In this document: positions 14,201-27,237 of the stretch, in pieces
Numbering within the stretch: the stretch's first letter is position 1
Layout: every line of letters begins with the position of its first letter
The notes under the pieces: model-generated
Told to the model about the DNA's origin: nothing
The model's input: the letters and a program-made list of their open reading frames with translations, nothing else
Databases searched by the model: none
Translations under genes and position numbers: made by a program
Assembly (NCBI RefSeq): GCF_032062105.1
Contig: NW_026927146.1
Span: 62,001-126,000, forward strand
DNA: 64,000 nt
Source: Saccostrea cucullata
Taxonomy: Eukaryota
Reading direction: 5' to 3'

Positions 14201-14714
14201 ATGCATACTGCCTTGCGTTACTTGTAGATTTCTAGTTATGTGGAATAGCCTTCTTGTATAAATAAGTACAATTTAAGCAGGTTAGCAGCAAAAAGCATGT
14301 TGAATCTTTTAATGGATGATCGCCTCAGAGGATATTTCTGCAGCGGAGAGGATAAAAGAACTTATATTGCCTGGCTAAAAATACAGCTTCTCTAGTAGTT
14401 TATTCTATTAATTATTTCAAGTAAGTTAAGCAATGACAAACATCTTCAACTCCTCAATGGGTGACCGTTTCACATTATACGTCATTTTTTCATATCAAGC
14501 CTACCTAATTTGTCTGGACATTTTATGGAATTAGTTTTTACGAATAAATTTGCATTTGCGTTTAAAACAACTGTGATCTTATCCGCCTTAATTACGAGGA
14601 ATGACATATTTTCTTTTACACTTTATAATATTATTATATCAATATAATTTTCAAGGAAAACTTACAAGTAGGCGTTATAAAGGCGAAAAATGTGAAGAGT
14701 ATCACCTGCCACAT
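8728..14714 (-). CDS. SIAE: Sialate O-acetylesterase (SGNH/SASA family), 9 exons, 496 aa
   Basis: Exons 14714-14666, 12747-12431, 12323-12185, 12085-11917, 11787-11702, 11487-11357, 11058-10904, 10475-10277 and 8973-8728 are all GT-AG and phase-compatible (1491 nt). Signal peptide MWQVILFTFFAFITPTSSA. Motifs: YYHDHMVLQ, GDVWVCSGQSNM (catalytic Ser), FSAVCWLYG, WGGTRIEAWS, IKGVIWYQGESN, FPFGFVQL, DLPDFQSPYGSIHPRYK (catalytic His) and VRYAW. Confidence 0.93.
9117..9913. mobile_element. Palindrome-rich non-autonomous element in SIAE intron 8 (possibly Crypton-type)
   Basis: There is a near-perfect 128-bp hairpin at 9117-9244 and a second related hairpin at ~9358-9467. The terminal motif aaccaatcagattttagtatttaacatgaaagtataataa is partly repeated at ~9995-10030. 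No TIR/TSD was seen. The class assignment is from recollection of bivalve repeats. Confidence 0.5.
13352..13470 (+). repeat. Fragment of a common interspersed repeat (probable non-LTR retroelement 3' region)
   Basis: ggatgtgaccggtcaacaggggatgcttactc..ctgacccc. Related copies at ~63940-64000 (+) and ~44025-44115 (-). Confidence 0.5.
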
Positions 14715-16518
14715 GGTCGGTATTTTTGTTCCTTATCTGGCGAGATTTAGAGATCTAGCTCTTATCGGTGTTATTTATGTCATAGATGTTGAACCCAAAG
14801 GGTCACTATGGAGATAAAACTTTAAAAAAAAATCATAAAATGAACTGCATTTCTTTTATTTCACAGTATTTTAATGACGGCAAAAACATAACAAAAAAAT
14901 CAAAGCAAAATGAAAGGAAAAGTTTCCAATTTTTTGGGGATCTAGATTATGAATTAATTATTTTTTTTCATTGCTTTGAACAAAAAAGTCGCAATTTCAA
15001 TTTTATTGCAGTCTGAATTGTACCTGAATATCTTTGTCTTAATTAATTTTAACCAGCTGCAAATCAGTTGATCGTAGATTGAAAAAAAAAACATCCTGGA
15101 AGAACAACTAATGAATCACCTATTCACCATTCTAAATATTGATTGCAAGATCTTACACACTGGAAAAAAAAACAACTTAGTAAAAGTCACTAAGAATACT
15201 AGTAGATTTACTGTCCATACAGTCACCACCTTAAAAGTAGTTTTTAATGGGTATTGGGAGAGATTTTCTAGATAACATTAGTAAATCTTAAATTCATAAG
15301 TAACTTTCACTAGGTACGTTTTTACCTTTCCTCTGCTTCACAGGACAGCCTCTACACACTACCCTAGCTAGTAAACAAAATGATGAAAAATAATAACGAA
15401 AGTTCTACGAAGCAAACTCGTTAATCAAAACTAGGTTTTTCTTTCAGTGTATGTATAATTTATGCTGTGTTTTGCACTTGGCTTTGAAAGATAATTAAGG
15501 ATAAGATAGGAAGGAAAACTTGTGAAAAAATGATAGAATGTCATATTTCATTGCCATCTCAGGAGCTAACGTGTAAGGTGAATTGAGGGCCAGGCAAAGT
15601 GTTATTTTTTTAGTACACTGCACATTGGTGAACAGCGAAATTATTTTCCCGACAAGCATATCTGGCCTGTATCACGTGTATTCGATGATTTCGATGATTG
15701 CAAGGTAAAATATTCAGAGTTATAAAGTCATGTGACGTGATAGTTGAGTTAAGCAGTATGTTTCAGATGGGTTGCAAAATTTTGTGGCATGGTAAACAGC
15801 AGACTTAAGAAGCAAAAAATGATTTTGATTAGAAAAGTTTATAGACCATTACATATCAACTACCTTACTACATGTACTCCTTTGCAGAAAACGTATACTT
15901 TTAGTAAAATATGAATTAAAAGCAATCATTTTTATACGTGACAAAAATTTTCCAAATGCGTAATTTTTCAACATGAATTGCAACATAGCTCAACCTCTTT
16001 CTTCATTTAAATGAAGCACTTTTTGCTGCTGTTATATACTGATCTCCTAAAGAAAGGAGATAACGCATTGTTCTCTTCACTGACTTGCACTTTAAAAATC
16101 GATTATCAAGTGTACCGCAAGAAACTTTATACATTGATGACAACGTCTTATCTCACATTAACATTATCTTACACTGTCTGAGTTAGACACTTGCTTCTCA
16201 TGACGAAAACAATTGCGATAATTTCTTCGGTATATAGAACCTTGATTTAAGACAATGGTGACAAAAGTATTGTTTTTTCACTTTCCTCTTGGAAAAGTGT
16301 TTTTGTAAAAACACCTGATATGCGGGGGAAACCTTGGGTATCGGATTTCAGCGATCATTGTGACGCCATTCATATGTTGTTCTGACAGACCTCAAGTGTC
16401 AAAGTTCAAACCTTTATTATGTTAGAAGAGAATTATTCATAAAACCAAATTTTATTACAAAAGAAAACCTCTTGTCTAATGTCATATTTTAAAGAATGTG
16501 AATCTTGTATCTACGACT

Positions 16519-16663
16519 NNNNNNNNNNNNNNNNNNNNNNNNNNNNNNNNNNNNNNNNNNNNNNNNNNNNNNNNNNNNNNNNNNNNNNNNNNNNNNNNNN
16601 NNNNNNNNNNNNNNNNNNNNNNNNNNNNNNNNNNNNNNNNNNNNNNNNNNNNNNNNNNNNNNN
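16519..16663. other. Assembly gap (145 N)
   Basis: Run of n characters. Confidence 0.99.
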
Positions 16664-19600
16664 CATTTCTAAGTTATTTTTTAAAATTTTATATTCTAAT
16701 CGCTAAAAATATATATTCGTTTTTCTTTTAAAAAAAAAAATAATTGTACACACATAAATTATTTCAACTTTTGAAAATTAAATCCAACCCAAAGTCTTTT
16801 TCTTTTTAAAGATATCAATATTCAAAAGTTAAAAAAACAATTTTTGTTAGGTCACACAAAAAATAATCCTTTGTTGACATTTGTTGACATTGCGTGAAAT
16901 CACCGTCGAAAAATTAAATTTATCGCTTACATGTATAACTCATGAAGAACAAACCCGAGCATTTTTTCCACAACAAAGTGTACATTATTTTTTGCCCTCG
17001 TTACTAAACTCCCTTTTTAAAAAATCTTTTAAAATATCTGAGTTTCCTTTATTCTGTAAATATGCATATTAATATAAAAATTACTATGGATTATATTCAA
17101 TTAATTTCTTAATTTTTAAAAGATATATCATGACTTAGGATTCTACTTAATATAAAAAAAAAACTGGGTTTAATTCTCTTCATAACTAGATATAACCGAT
17201 AAAAGTATTTTTTTTCAAAGGTGACTTCAAAACAGATCTTAACTTCCCGTCAGGAACTGCAGTTTATCAACAAGGTTTTTGGTCTATGTTTTCCATGTAA
17301 GGATTTTTGTTATAAACTATTAAATCAATCTTATAATTAATTTTTATATATTATCTATGTAATGACATACTTTTATTGTTTCAGATAATATGTGCCTGTT
17401 TCGAATGAAGCGGCTTTAAGATTCTTTGCAAACAGGAAGACTGTTCATTTCCTTATTAACTACAATGCATGAATATTTTCATTTTACGTCATAATTTGAC
17501 GTCAAATCTATAATGCAAACTGTTTTGCTTTCCAAATGACAGTTGAATGACATAAAATTGTGGCAAAACATCAGAGAAATAATGTAAATATAAGAAATGA
17601 ATTTCATTTTTAAAGATTAATGAGCTAACACGCTTCATTAAATATGTTGTCGTGAATCTACAACAATGAAATTCATTTCTTAAATATAAGAAAATTGCTA
17701 TACTGATCCCTATGAATGCAACATTCCCCATTTTTAGAAATGCTATTTCACATTTTATTTTTTTTGTTTGGTCTTTAAAATACATTTATTTTTTTCTTTT
17801 CTTACAGTAAATCTGTTCTTTTTATTACATAGTACGTACTCCTCCTTGATGGCCTGTGCTTTGGCAAGAGAAACAGATGTCTATTTTAGTACATTTATTT
17901 GTTTAATACGCCGAAGCCTCTTCTTACACTGAATCTAATACCTTTATATGTCTGTTTTCATGTCTGCCTGTTTTTTTTTTTGTCTGTCCGTTTGTACATG
18001 TAATATCTTTTTTTTATCTTTTAAATTAAAGGAATTATTTTTTTTTTGTATTTTTATCACATGTAGTATCATGCATATTGATACTGCGTTCGAAAAATGT
18101 CATAATAATCGCATCCAAATGCATACGCTATAAAGCTGTAAGGTGTAAAATTTATCTGTCCAAAACTAAATTCATATATATATTTTTAGCTATCACGTAA
18201 ACATTACATGAATTTTGTAGAATACTCAAATACATGTATAATATAAAAGTTCGCTTTCAAGAAAATAATTGCCATTAGAATCAGATTTCATAGTTATAAA
18301 AAAATTTATTTTGCTACCACATTTCTCCTCATCCCTAAAACGTGATCGACCTGTTTTGAGGTGGAAGTTTTGGATTATAAAACCAATATTTTACAGTTAA
18401 TGCAAAAAAGATCATTTTAGCAAATGTTCAGCACCAATACCCTACACGTTATTAGCAATAGTCTCCGGACATAATGTTGATAATTTTTCAGAAGAGTAGG
18501 AGTAGAGTAATGCAACCTTCTTTATTTATTTATCACATTTCGCATAAAAAACCGTAAAAAGCAATAAATACATATTTTATATACATAAAAGAACCCTCAT
18601 CGCTTATGTTCAGGAAACCAATAATTTGTACGTTGTCTTTAGGTCCGTCATTCGTGAAATTTGTTAAATCAAGGATTTTTGAGAAGTATATTTTGAATAA
18701 GAACTCATATAGTGTGACTGAAAATCGCAAATAAAATAGGGGGTCAGTGTGCATCTTACTTATCTACGGTACAATTAAGTTGGCCTTTTTGCACTTAAAT
18801 TTTGACTCTTTGGTTAATTCCTTTAACCTTTATCAAATTATATCAGATGTAACTATGGCAATAAATATAATTTTATTTTACGCAAAATAATTGAAAAATA
18901 TTTATCATTGAACAAATCTTGCAAATTAATGCGCGTAAATTATTATATGACCTTTTTGCACTAAAAAAAATCATATATGAGGTATTAAAATACTAAATTG
19001 GGAAAAAAAATTTTCTTAAACCAAGCTTTTACGGCTTAGATGGTGTTCAGTCACAAGTATTGAGTACTTTGAAATAATGAAAGAAAAAGTTAGGGTCAGT
19101 GATGTTAGTATTGAAATATTGGTCAAAATATGTGATTTTCAGGCAAAAAATGGTGTAAATTTTATCTTGACTTATTTGACACATCTTCATTTTTTTGGCA
19201 AAGTTTGTTAAAGGAAGGTGTAAAACTTGTTCTAAAAATATAAATTAAGACCTATCTTAAATATTCCAATCAATATCATAACGGAAAATATTCTCCGAGT
19301 AAAAGTATGTGAGGCTAAAGTTCCAAGATATTAAATTTAATAAATTTGCAGATTTGCAGAATTATCTGCTAAATATCCTTCCACCACAAGAAATAGTCCC
19401 TAATAAATTTTGCTTCTTTGTAGCTTTTTGAGCAGTATTTTCGTTTAATGTTAGAACATTATCATTGTCAAATTTAAACACATGTTAAATATGTAATAAA
19501 CATTGAATTTTAATAAATAGTTTTGAAATAAGAGGTTCTGTGTGAACTTTTCTAAAATGTGAGGAGTGACATAACTTTTAATCTTTAAGATAGTCTCTAC

Positions 19601-19773
19601 AATTTCTACCATACCTATTTGTTTAATTATGTACTTCTTTCTACAACATCGCTTTGCTACATAATCGGAATCACATTGGTCTATTACTCATTAAAACAGA
19701 ATAACGCTGCATTGTTTTGTTTTTGTGAGTTCAATCATCTCTTGATATTCGATATTGTATTGTTTAATAATTA

Positions 19774-19961
19774 CATTGGACCTTCAGATATCCGGACTCC
19801 AGATATCCGGATGCTTCAGTATCCGGACAATTTTTCATCGGAACAGAATTTTTTTTAATGTTTATTTGTTTTGTTTATAGGGTAATTCAGATATCCGGAC
19901 GCATCACATATTCGGACAATTGACTAGGAACCTAAGCGTCTGGATAAATGAGACTCCACTG
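19774..19961. mobile_element. Tc1/mariner (pogo-like) MITE
   Basis: Ends ca(t/g)tgga ... tccactg flanked by TA on both sides, with an internal repeated agatatccgga motif. Confidence 0.65.
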
Positions 19962-20887
19962 TACATTTGCAAATGTTTTCCTCTCTATGACACAACTGAA
20001 AGCAATGCGTATCTATCACTGAATATTTTTAATGCACATATGCTTTTTGTATATACGGTGATTGGAAATCTATCGATCTAAAACACCATACTACGGACAG
20101 GGGGATAAAGGGTTAAAACATGAGTTTTATTTTGCCGTTACAATAATTGAACGCCGAGGATATGTCATGTCATAAGCGAAATTAAATCAAATATCATGCT
20201 CACCAGAAGTTGTTACGTTTGCTCTCCCATTAATTTTTGTTACACGACGGATAATGTTTTAAAATATAAATCACATTTGCAGTTACAATAGAGAGTTAAA
20301 AAATCTAAATATAATCAAGGAATCAATATTTTTTGATAGATATAGTTTTATAAGGTGCTAAAGCACGATACTTAATTTGATATTAACGTTCGACGTAATT
20401 CAATAGTGACGTCAAAAATGGTCGGCGCGTATACAATGGATTGCAAATATGGCATTGAATTTGAAAAAAAAAACTATAAGTAATTAGCATATGTTTTGTA
20501 TTAATTTTTCATATTGTACATATGTTGTGTATATGAAAAAGTTGATCGTCATTTTGCTAATAAATGACCAATTTCGATTCAAATATGTGTTCGAGTTTAA
20601 TTGATTGAAAATCAAACGGAGTAGTATCATTCTGAAAAAAAAGAGTTGACAAAAAATATTTCATGCATTAAAAATCATTATCAAGCAAACTCATATTTAA
20701 AATATGAATTAGTCACAAATGTAAATATTAGTAAAAAGGTATCATTTTAAAACAAATATTGGGGTATAAATACGTTGATACGAGATCAAATTCCCCATAC
20801 ATGTAACGCCCTTGTAAAAACAAATATTAACTTTAGTTCATGTAATACACCTACAATTGAAAGCACTTAAAAACTAAACGAAAATAC

Positions 20888-21421
20888 GGCTGCATTTCAT
20901 TTCCGGAATTTTTGGTAATTATCAACTTTTCATTTCCGAGATTTTCTAGTTTTCATTTCCGACATTTTTTTGTTTCTATTTCCGACATTTTTCAAATACA
21001 TAGTAGTACCTATAGTTATAAATTTGATAACTTTACTTATGAAAAATTTAAAGTAATAAATCATCAATAAATCATTGAAATCCAATTTTGTAAATCTATC
21101 AGGGACTTGGACATAAGTATGGTGCTGTCACTGGCATTAAATGTGGTGAAAAAGTTTTATGCTCATTGAACTCTTTTACCTAGACTTTGTGCTACATGTA
21201 TGCATATATATATATGTAGTTTTATCTTTTTATATATTAATATTTTGGTAAAATACTTTTAAAATTCCATTTTCTTTTACTTAGGAAACATTGGATTGCT
21301 GCACAGGTAAATTCCGGAAATGAAAAAAAAAATTATGTCGGAAATGAAAACAAAAAATGTCGGAAATGAAATAAAAAAATGTCGGAAATGCTATGCATAT
21401 TTCCGGAAATGAAATGCAGCG
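20888..21421. mobile_element. MITE with 8-bp TSD and subterminal catttccga repeats
   Basis: TIR ggctgcatttcatttccggaa ... ttccggaaatgaaatgcagcg. Perfect TSD gaaaatac (20880-20887, 21422-21429). Confidence 0.85.
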
Positions 21422-23129
21422 GAAAATACATTATTGAGTGCAAAGACGTTTGTGTGAGGCGTCATTTTCAGTGCTTAAATCGGAAACGGCTCTTACTCAC
21501 TTTATACAACGTGTAGAGAAGAATTTACAAAAAATCTCAGCATATATGGTTAGGACTAAAAGGTGATATTATCTGCTTAAGACTTACTTCGGACATTTGT
21601 ATGTAAACGTTCGAATATGGAATTTAGAATCTTGTCGCGTGTTACAGCAAATAAGTTATATTGTACAATTGGACTTTTGCGAGAAGCACTGACTTTTACA
21701 GTATACAGCTGTTTACTTGGTCATTTAAATCTGAATCATGTATGAAAGTACAGAATTGATCATAGATAAGAAAACCTTTATAGCGATTTTAGTGGCACTA
21801 AAATGTGAAGTCCTGGAGATGTTGGTAGATTGGTTGTCATGTTCTTCAAGGGCAACTAATTTTTGCTTTTAAATAGCCTATGACTTTGCTTTTATTTAAA
21901 TGTTAAGACAACTATTTACATCGAAAAAAAGCTTCTGCACATTGTCCTAGTGTAAAAGTAAGCCGTCAACGTTAAAGTCAGCGCTCCTCACAAAATTGCA
22001 ATGTGAGTATTGCTGACAAATTGTATTAGCATAAACATTAACAGAGGTATAAAAACACACCGTACTGTTTAATAACATCAAAGAAAAAACACGTAACGCA
22101 ATTTCTTTATATTTAAAAAAACCCAAAGAAATCCCTGTCAAAACCAAAATTCTGTACGAAAATAAATTTGAGAAGTGGTGTTAATCAGATATTGATTCTT
22201 CAAAATCCCAAGGAACTTTTGAAAATCGATATGGCGATACGATATACTAGCATCTCGGTGAGATGGAAGAACTTTTTATAAGCTATGATTGAATCAAAAT
22301 TACATTATTGTCGTCCTGTACATAAATTTTTATCTTAAAAACTTTATATATTGGATAGTAAAAAGAGGTTTTTCTTCTGCTTTATTTAAGTCTAATGGAT
22401 CATTATGTTCAAGTTACATACAAATTTATCATAACAGCACATTTTAACAGCAAAATAAAATTTTCAAAAATACAGCTCATATTGTTTTAAACTTAAATTA
22501 ACGTACTTCAAATAAATCTACATATTCTAAAGTTCATCGTAAAAAATCTGAAACTATTAAATATGAGAAATATTTCTACTTGAAAATACCTACTTTTTCC
22601 CAAATACTACTTTGAAATGACCCATCTTTGCTCATTTTTATTACAAACAGTAATGATATTATCAGAGAGGAATTTTGGCACATTTAGTGTGCTGAAATTG
22701 ATGAAGCTCAATGGTAAAAAAAACCAAGATGTGTTTGTGAAACACTATGCGCCCGGCGGCAACAGAGTTCTAAAAAGCAATTATTAGCAAATGGGTCTAG
22801 ATCTCGGTCAAGGTTACACAATTATTGTCCTTATTGTCAGTTGAAAGTGTATGCATACCAATTATGAAGTACCTATCTCTCACGGTTCAAAAGTTATGGC
22901 GAAAATTCGAAAAAGATATTTTAAGCATATAGGTCACAGACAACGTCACAAGGTCATTGACCTTGGTGTCAATTGAAGGTGCTCAATTAGTGGAGTAACA
23001 CAATCCAAAACAAAAAGGGAAAATCAAAATTCCCTTTTTTTCACCCAAGGTTTACAATCTGAAGTCATTTTGGTCTTAAAATCCTTATATGTGTCTCCAC
23101 AAGTTCCCTTTTTGAAGATTTTTTTTTAA

Positions 23130-23302
23130 GTATTTGAGGAACGTTCCTCTTTCTACACTTCAGATGCATTTGTTATGACCAGATTTTTGAGGAACGTTCC
23201 TCTTTCTACACTTCAGATGCATTTGTTATGACCAGAGATTTGAGGAACGTTTCTCTTTCTACACTTCTGGTGCATTTGTTATCACCAAACATTTGAGGAA
23301 CG

Positions 23303-23336
<34 letters not shown>

Positions 23337-24080
23337 CTTAAGATATGTTATGACCAGGCATTTGAGGATTGTTCCTCTCTCTGAACTTCAGATGCATTTG
23401 TTATGACCAGACATTTGAGGAACGTTCCTCTCTCTGAACTTCAGATGCATTTGTTATGACCAGACATTTGAGGAACGTTCCTCTCTCTAAACTAAGATGA
23501 ATTTACTATCACCAGACATTTGAGTAACGTTCCTCTCTTACATGTGCACATACAGCGTGTATTTTTAAATACTTTAAGAATCTTAAAACATGAGACATTT
23601 GAGGAACGTTCCTCTCTCAAATTCACTTTTTCTGAAGACATCTCATGAATGGTCAAACATCAGGCATTTGAGGAACGTTGCTCGCTCGAATTTAATTATT
23701 ACTGTAGGCATCTCAAGGATTGTCAAATATCAGGCATTTGAGGAACGTTCCTCTCACAAATGGTTGTCTCATGAATTGTCAAACATTAGGCATTTGAGGA
23801 ACGTTCCTCACTAAAATTTAACATTGTTCACACAGGATACGTACATGTATGAGGAACGTTCCTCTCTCAGATTTGTATATGTTGATACCTTATTCATATT
23901 AAATCAGGCATTTGAGGAACGTTCCTCTCACAAATGGTTGTATTTCTGCAGCTGTTAATTTATACCTCATGAAGCTTGAAACCTGTGCATTTGAGGAACG
24001 TTCCTCTGTCTTGTAATGGATATCTGTTGATACATTGTAAAGCCCATTTAAAAATAACTTTAAAGAAACGTTCCTCTCTA
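23130..24080 (+). repeat. Left subterminal array: ~16 copies of the palindrome GAGGAACGTTCCTC (outer copies in ~53-bp tandem units)
   Basis: The unit tttgaggaacgttcctctttctacacttcagatgcatttgttatgaccaga recurs at 23136, 23189, 23242, 23295 and onward. Inner copies have variable spacers. Confidence 0.92.
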
Positions 24081-24829
24081 ACATTATCATGTGTTTTGTG
24101 ATATTATATTAGTTTTTAACATTTTTTATCTGTACACACTCTACAAAATATATATGAAAAATCAGTTTGTCATTTTATAAAGTACTTTTTGAATTAAGGC
24201 TTTCATAAAGCATAATATAAACTAGGTACAGGAACAAACAAATTTTTCACTTCAGAACAAGCATGTGCAATGTGCAGTGTTCATGTATCAACTCAAAGGG
24301 CTTTTTCACTGAATGGCAGTGTGATCACATATTATAATGTCTTGGTTAACAGGTTAATACCCACAGTATTTTTCCTTTCTACCATGAAATTAAACCATGT
24401 GATGAAGGTCAACCATGTTTCTTTCTCGGTTACATCTTTCCCTCATAATAGAGACGATTCCAATTCCTTGGTCTCCAAGGGTTAAATTCATAGCATTTTT
24501 TATCAGTCACAGTAAAACAGCCTCAATAAGTTTCTTGGGTGTCATCTTCTGTAGGAAAAATCTCACATTCAATACAGCGGCATGTAGTATTATCAAAGAT
24601 GTGATTCAGGCAAAGTTAGAATAATCAAAACAATGTGTACATAATAACAAGTTTTGATGTCTCATCTAAAAATTAAATAGACTGGAAAAATTGATATAAA
24701 AAAAATAGCAAAACTTAAATTAAAATTTTGAACTTTAAATTGCCCATGAATTATGAAAGCATTTCCATACTGTATTAAGAATATTGCAAAATTGACACTT
24801 TCTATCTTTCTCATACTATTTTAATGAAA

Positions 24830-25026
24830 TACTGTAAATGTTTTATATTTAGAGTGTACTATATTTGGCGGAAGTTGATATTTTAAGAAGTTAGCGTAGG
24901 TATGATTTAGCCCATTTTAATGTTTTATGTTTAAGATATTTAGCATTGTACTTAAATTAGCGGATGTTTCTTTCCGCCAAAAAGCTAAAAAAAGAATACA
25001 CCGCCAAATGTTACACGTTTACAGTA
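24830..25026. mobile_element. Small TA-flanked TIR element nested in the foldback element
   Basis: Ends tactgtaaa ... tttacagta, with internal inverted atttggcgg/ccgccaaat. Confidence 0.6.
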
Positions 25027-26818
25027 ATAACTCTGATTTGCAAATTATATCTGAGAACAGTCATTCTCCTTTATATCTTGCATGTAACACTAATTTTAAA
25101 ACTAAGTGACAATTGGAAATGTAAATTATAATAATATATAGGTCTTAAGCCCCGTACTCCTCCAATGAACATTTTATATACATGTATGATAATATAAGTC
25201 ATCAAGTTTAATTTTTTTTCTCTTTTTCCATAGTGCATGCAGCTGTCATATAATATTTCATGGGTTTTATTAATGTATTCTTTAATTTACACGAACCTAT
25301 TTTCATTCTGAATCTCAATTAATTTGTATTATATTGTAGTACTATTGTGTATTTCTTAAAACTGAAGAATTGATTCTTTAATAGGGATTTGTCTAGTAAC
25401 CCTAATTCCTGCATCATTCTCTACTTTAAAGATAAAGACTTTGAGACCTTGATGTCTTCCTGGCCCCAGTTCACAGTGTAATTGTTATTAATCACTGCCA
25501 ATCATATATGCTCATGGAACACTAGCTATAGGCGATCAGCTCTGGCAACTATCTGTCCCCTGTGACTTCATGGACAGTAAAGATCAGTGCTGATGCTATG
25601 ATGACTTGATCGTGTTATAGATAAACATGTCTCTGCAGTCAGAAGATTGAAGCAATTTACATTGTAGAACAGAACTCAAACAGTGAGAGAATTAAGATCT
25701 TGTTAGAGTTTAAAATTTTACTCCCTTAAAATCTGGATAGTTTCAATATATTTAAAAAACAAAAAATGTAATGAACTTTATATACGCTGTAAAACTTTAC
25801 TAATTATTCTAGTTCGGGAATAACAAATATCAGGCTAAAATCTGGTTTGTACATATTAAATGCAAAGAAACATTACACAGAATTATTTTGTAAAAAAAAA
25901 AATAATAATGTGAAAACAGCATCTCCTGCACTTAATTGTCAGATCTTAAGGAAGCAGGAATAAGAATCCATATTTCCAAAAAAAAAAAAACCACCTTAAA
26001 AAATGTTTTATTGATTTAGAATATTTTATTAAATTATTAGCACATGTATTAAAAGAAATGTTGTACTGAGTAATACAGGTATACAATTGTATGTTTTATT
26101 GATTGGCTATTGCTCATCTTCCTTCCCCCTTTTCAAAGTTAGATACTTTGATAATGAAACTATCTTTGATTTAATTGTTAATTTCAGAGACATACACTCT
26201 GAATTTCACAGATTTCCTATATCTTGGATTGCAGTGTGGGTCATTTGGGATTTAATAATTTAGCCAGCTGCAGCAAGGTCAAAAGTCTATGTTATCTGTA
26301 AAACTTGAGGTCAAGTGATATAACCCCGGTCTTATCTGCTTTCATTATTTAGAAATAATTTAAGAAGATTTTCTTCAACTCTTTGAAATTACATTCACCA
26401 ACACTGGAACACTGAGTTTCTAAGAATAAAGAATTTCATTGGTGTACATATCAGCCATGTGTTATAAAAATGAACCTTTCTAATGAAACTGAATAGTGCA
26501 TCTTTACTCCGCTTTAACCTAATAAATAAATAATAACAAAATTACGGTTATACATGTATGCATAAAATGATGGAAGTATCAACTAGTGAAACTGTTACTC
26601 GTATTTTTAGTAATACTATTTTTCTTTTATCAGGGACCGGACACTGAGTACACACGACATGATCTGCCGATCTTAATAACCATACATATAACATGTATAA
26701 CTACCGTAATATACAATTTTTTAAGATCTGAATTATAAATACTTATTTATAATTAAATAATACATGTACTTAAGTTATTGTTAAAGTATTAAACTAATCC
26801 TTAACAATAGGTGTAATT

Positions 26819-27237
26819 TAGGGCTGGGCAATAATATCGATATTTCAATATATTGCAATACAGTGACAAAAAATATCGTATCGCAATACGATTTTGTAAT
26901 ATCGATATATTGGCAATATGCTTAGATTAAGGAATTTTGTCATAATACACATATATTAATATAAAACTGGACTTATGAAAGTTTGTTATTAAGCCAAACA
27001 GTAAGTCAGAAGTTGTTTTGTGGGTATATTCAGAGTATAACTTAAACGAAATCAACAACATTTTTTTCCGTGTTGGTTACCTATCATAGTTATGTACATT
27101 CTGCATGTAAATTAAAGTAAATATAGTAAGAAAATGCCATTTTTATTATATTGAAAATATTGCAATACATATCGCAATACAGTTGAAAATATCGCAATAT
27201 ATCGCAATACGAAATCTCAGGTCAATACCCAGCCCTA
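26819..27237. mobile_element. hAT-like MITE nested in the foldback element
   Basis: TIR tagggctggg ... cccagcccta, repeated atcgcaata subterminal motifs and an imperfect aggtgta duplication in the flanks. Confidence 0.75.

Noticed and set aside
22999-23020. Resemblance of the terminus CACAATC...ACAAAAAGG to a RAG recombination signal (heptamer/nonamer)
   Set aside because: The spacer is only ~4 bp. Starting the element at CAC gives no matching 5-bp TSD. No RAG1/RAG2-like motifs were recognised inside.
23590-24080. CRISPR-like look: a palindromic ~21-bp repeat separated by variable 35-60-bp spacers
   Set aside because: The context is eukaryotic with no cas genes. The spacers are homologous to one another, grade into a tandem array and are mirrored at the other end of a TSD-flanked element, so they are transposon subterminal repeats.
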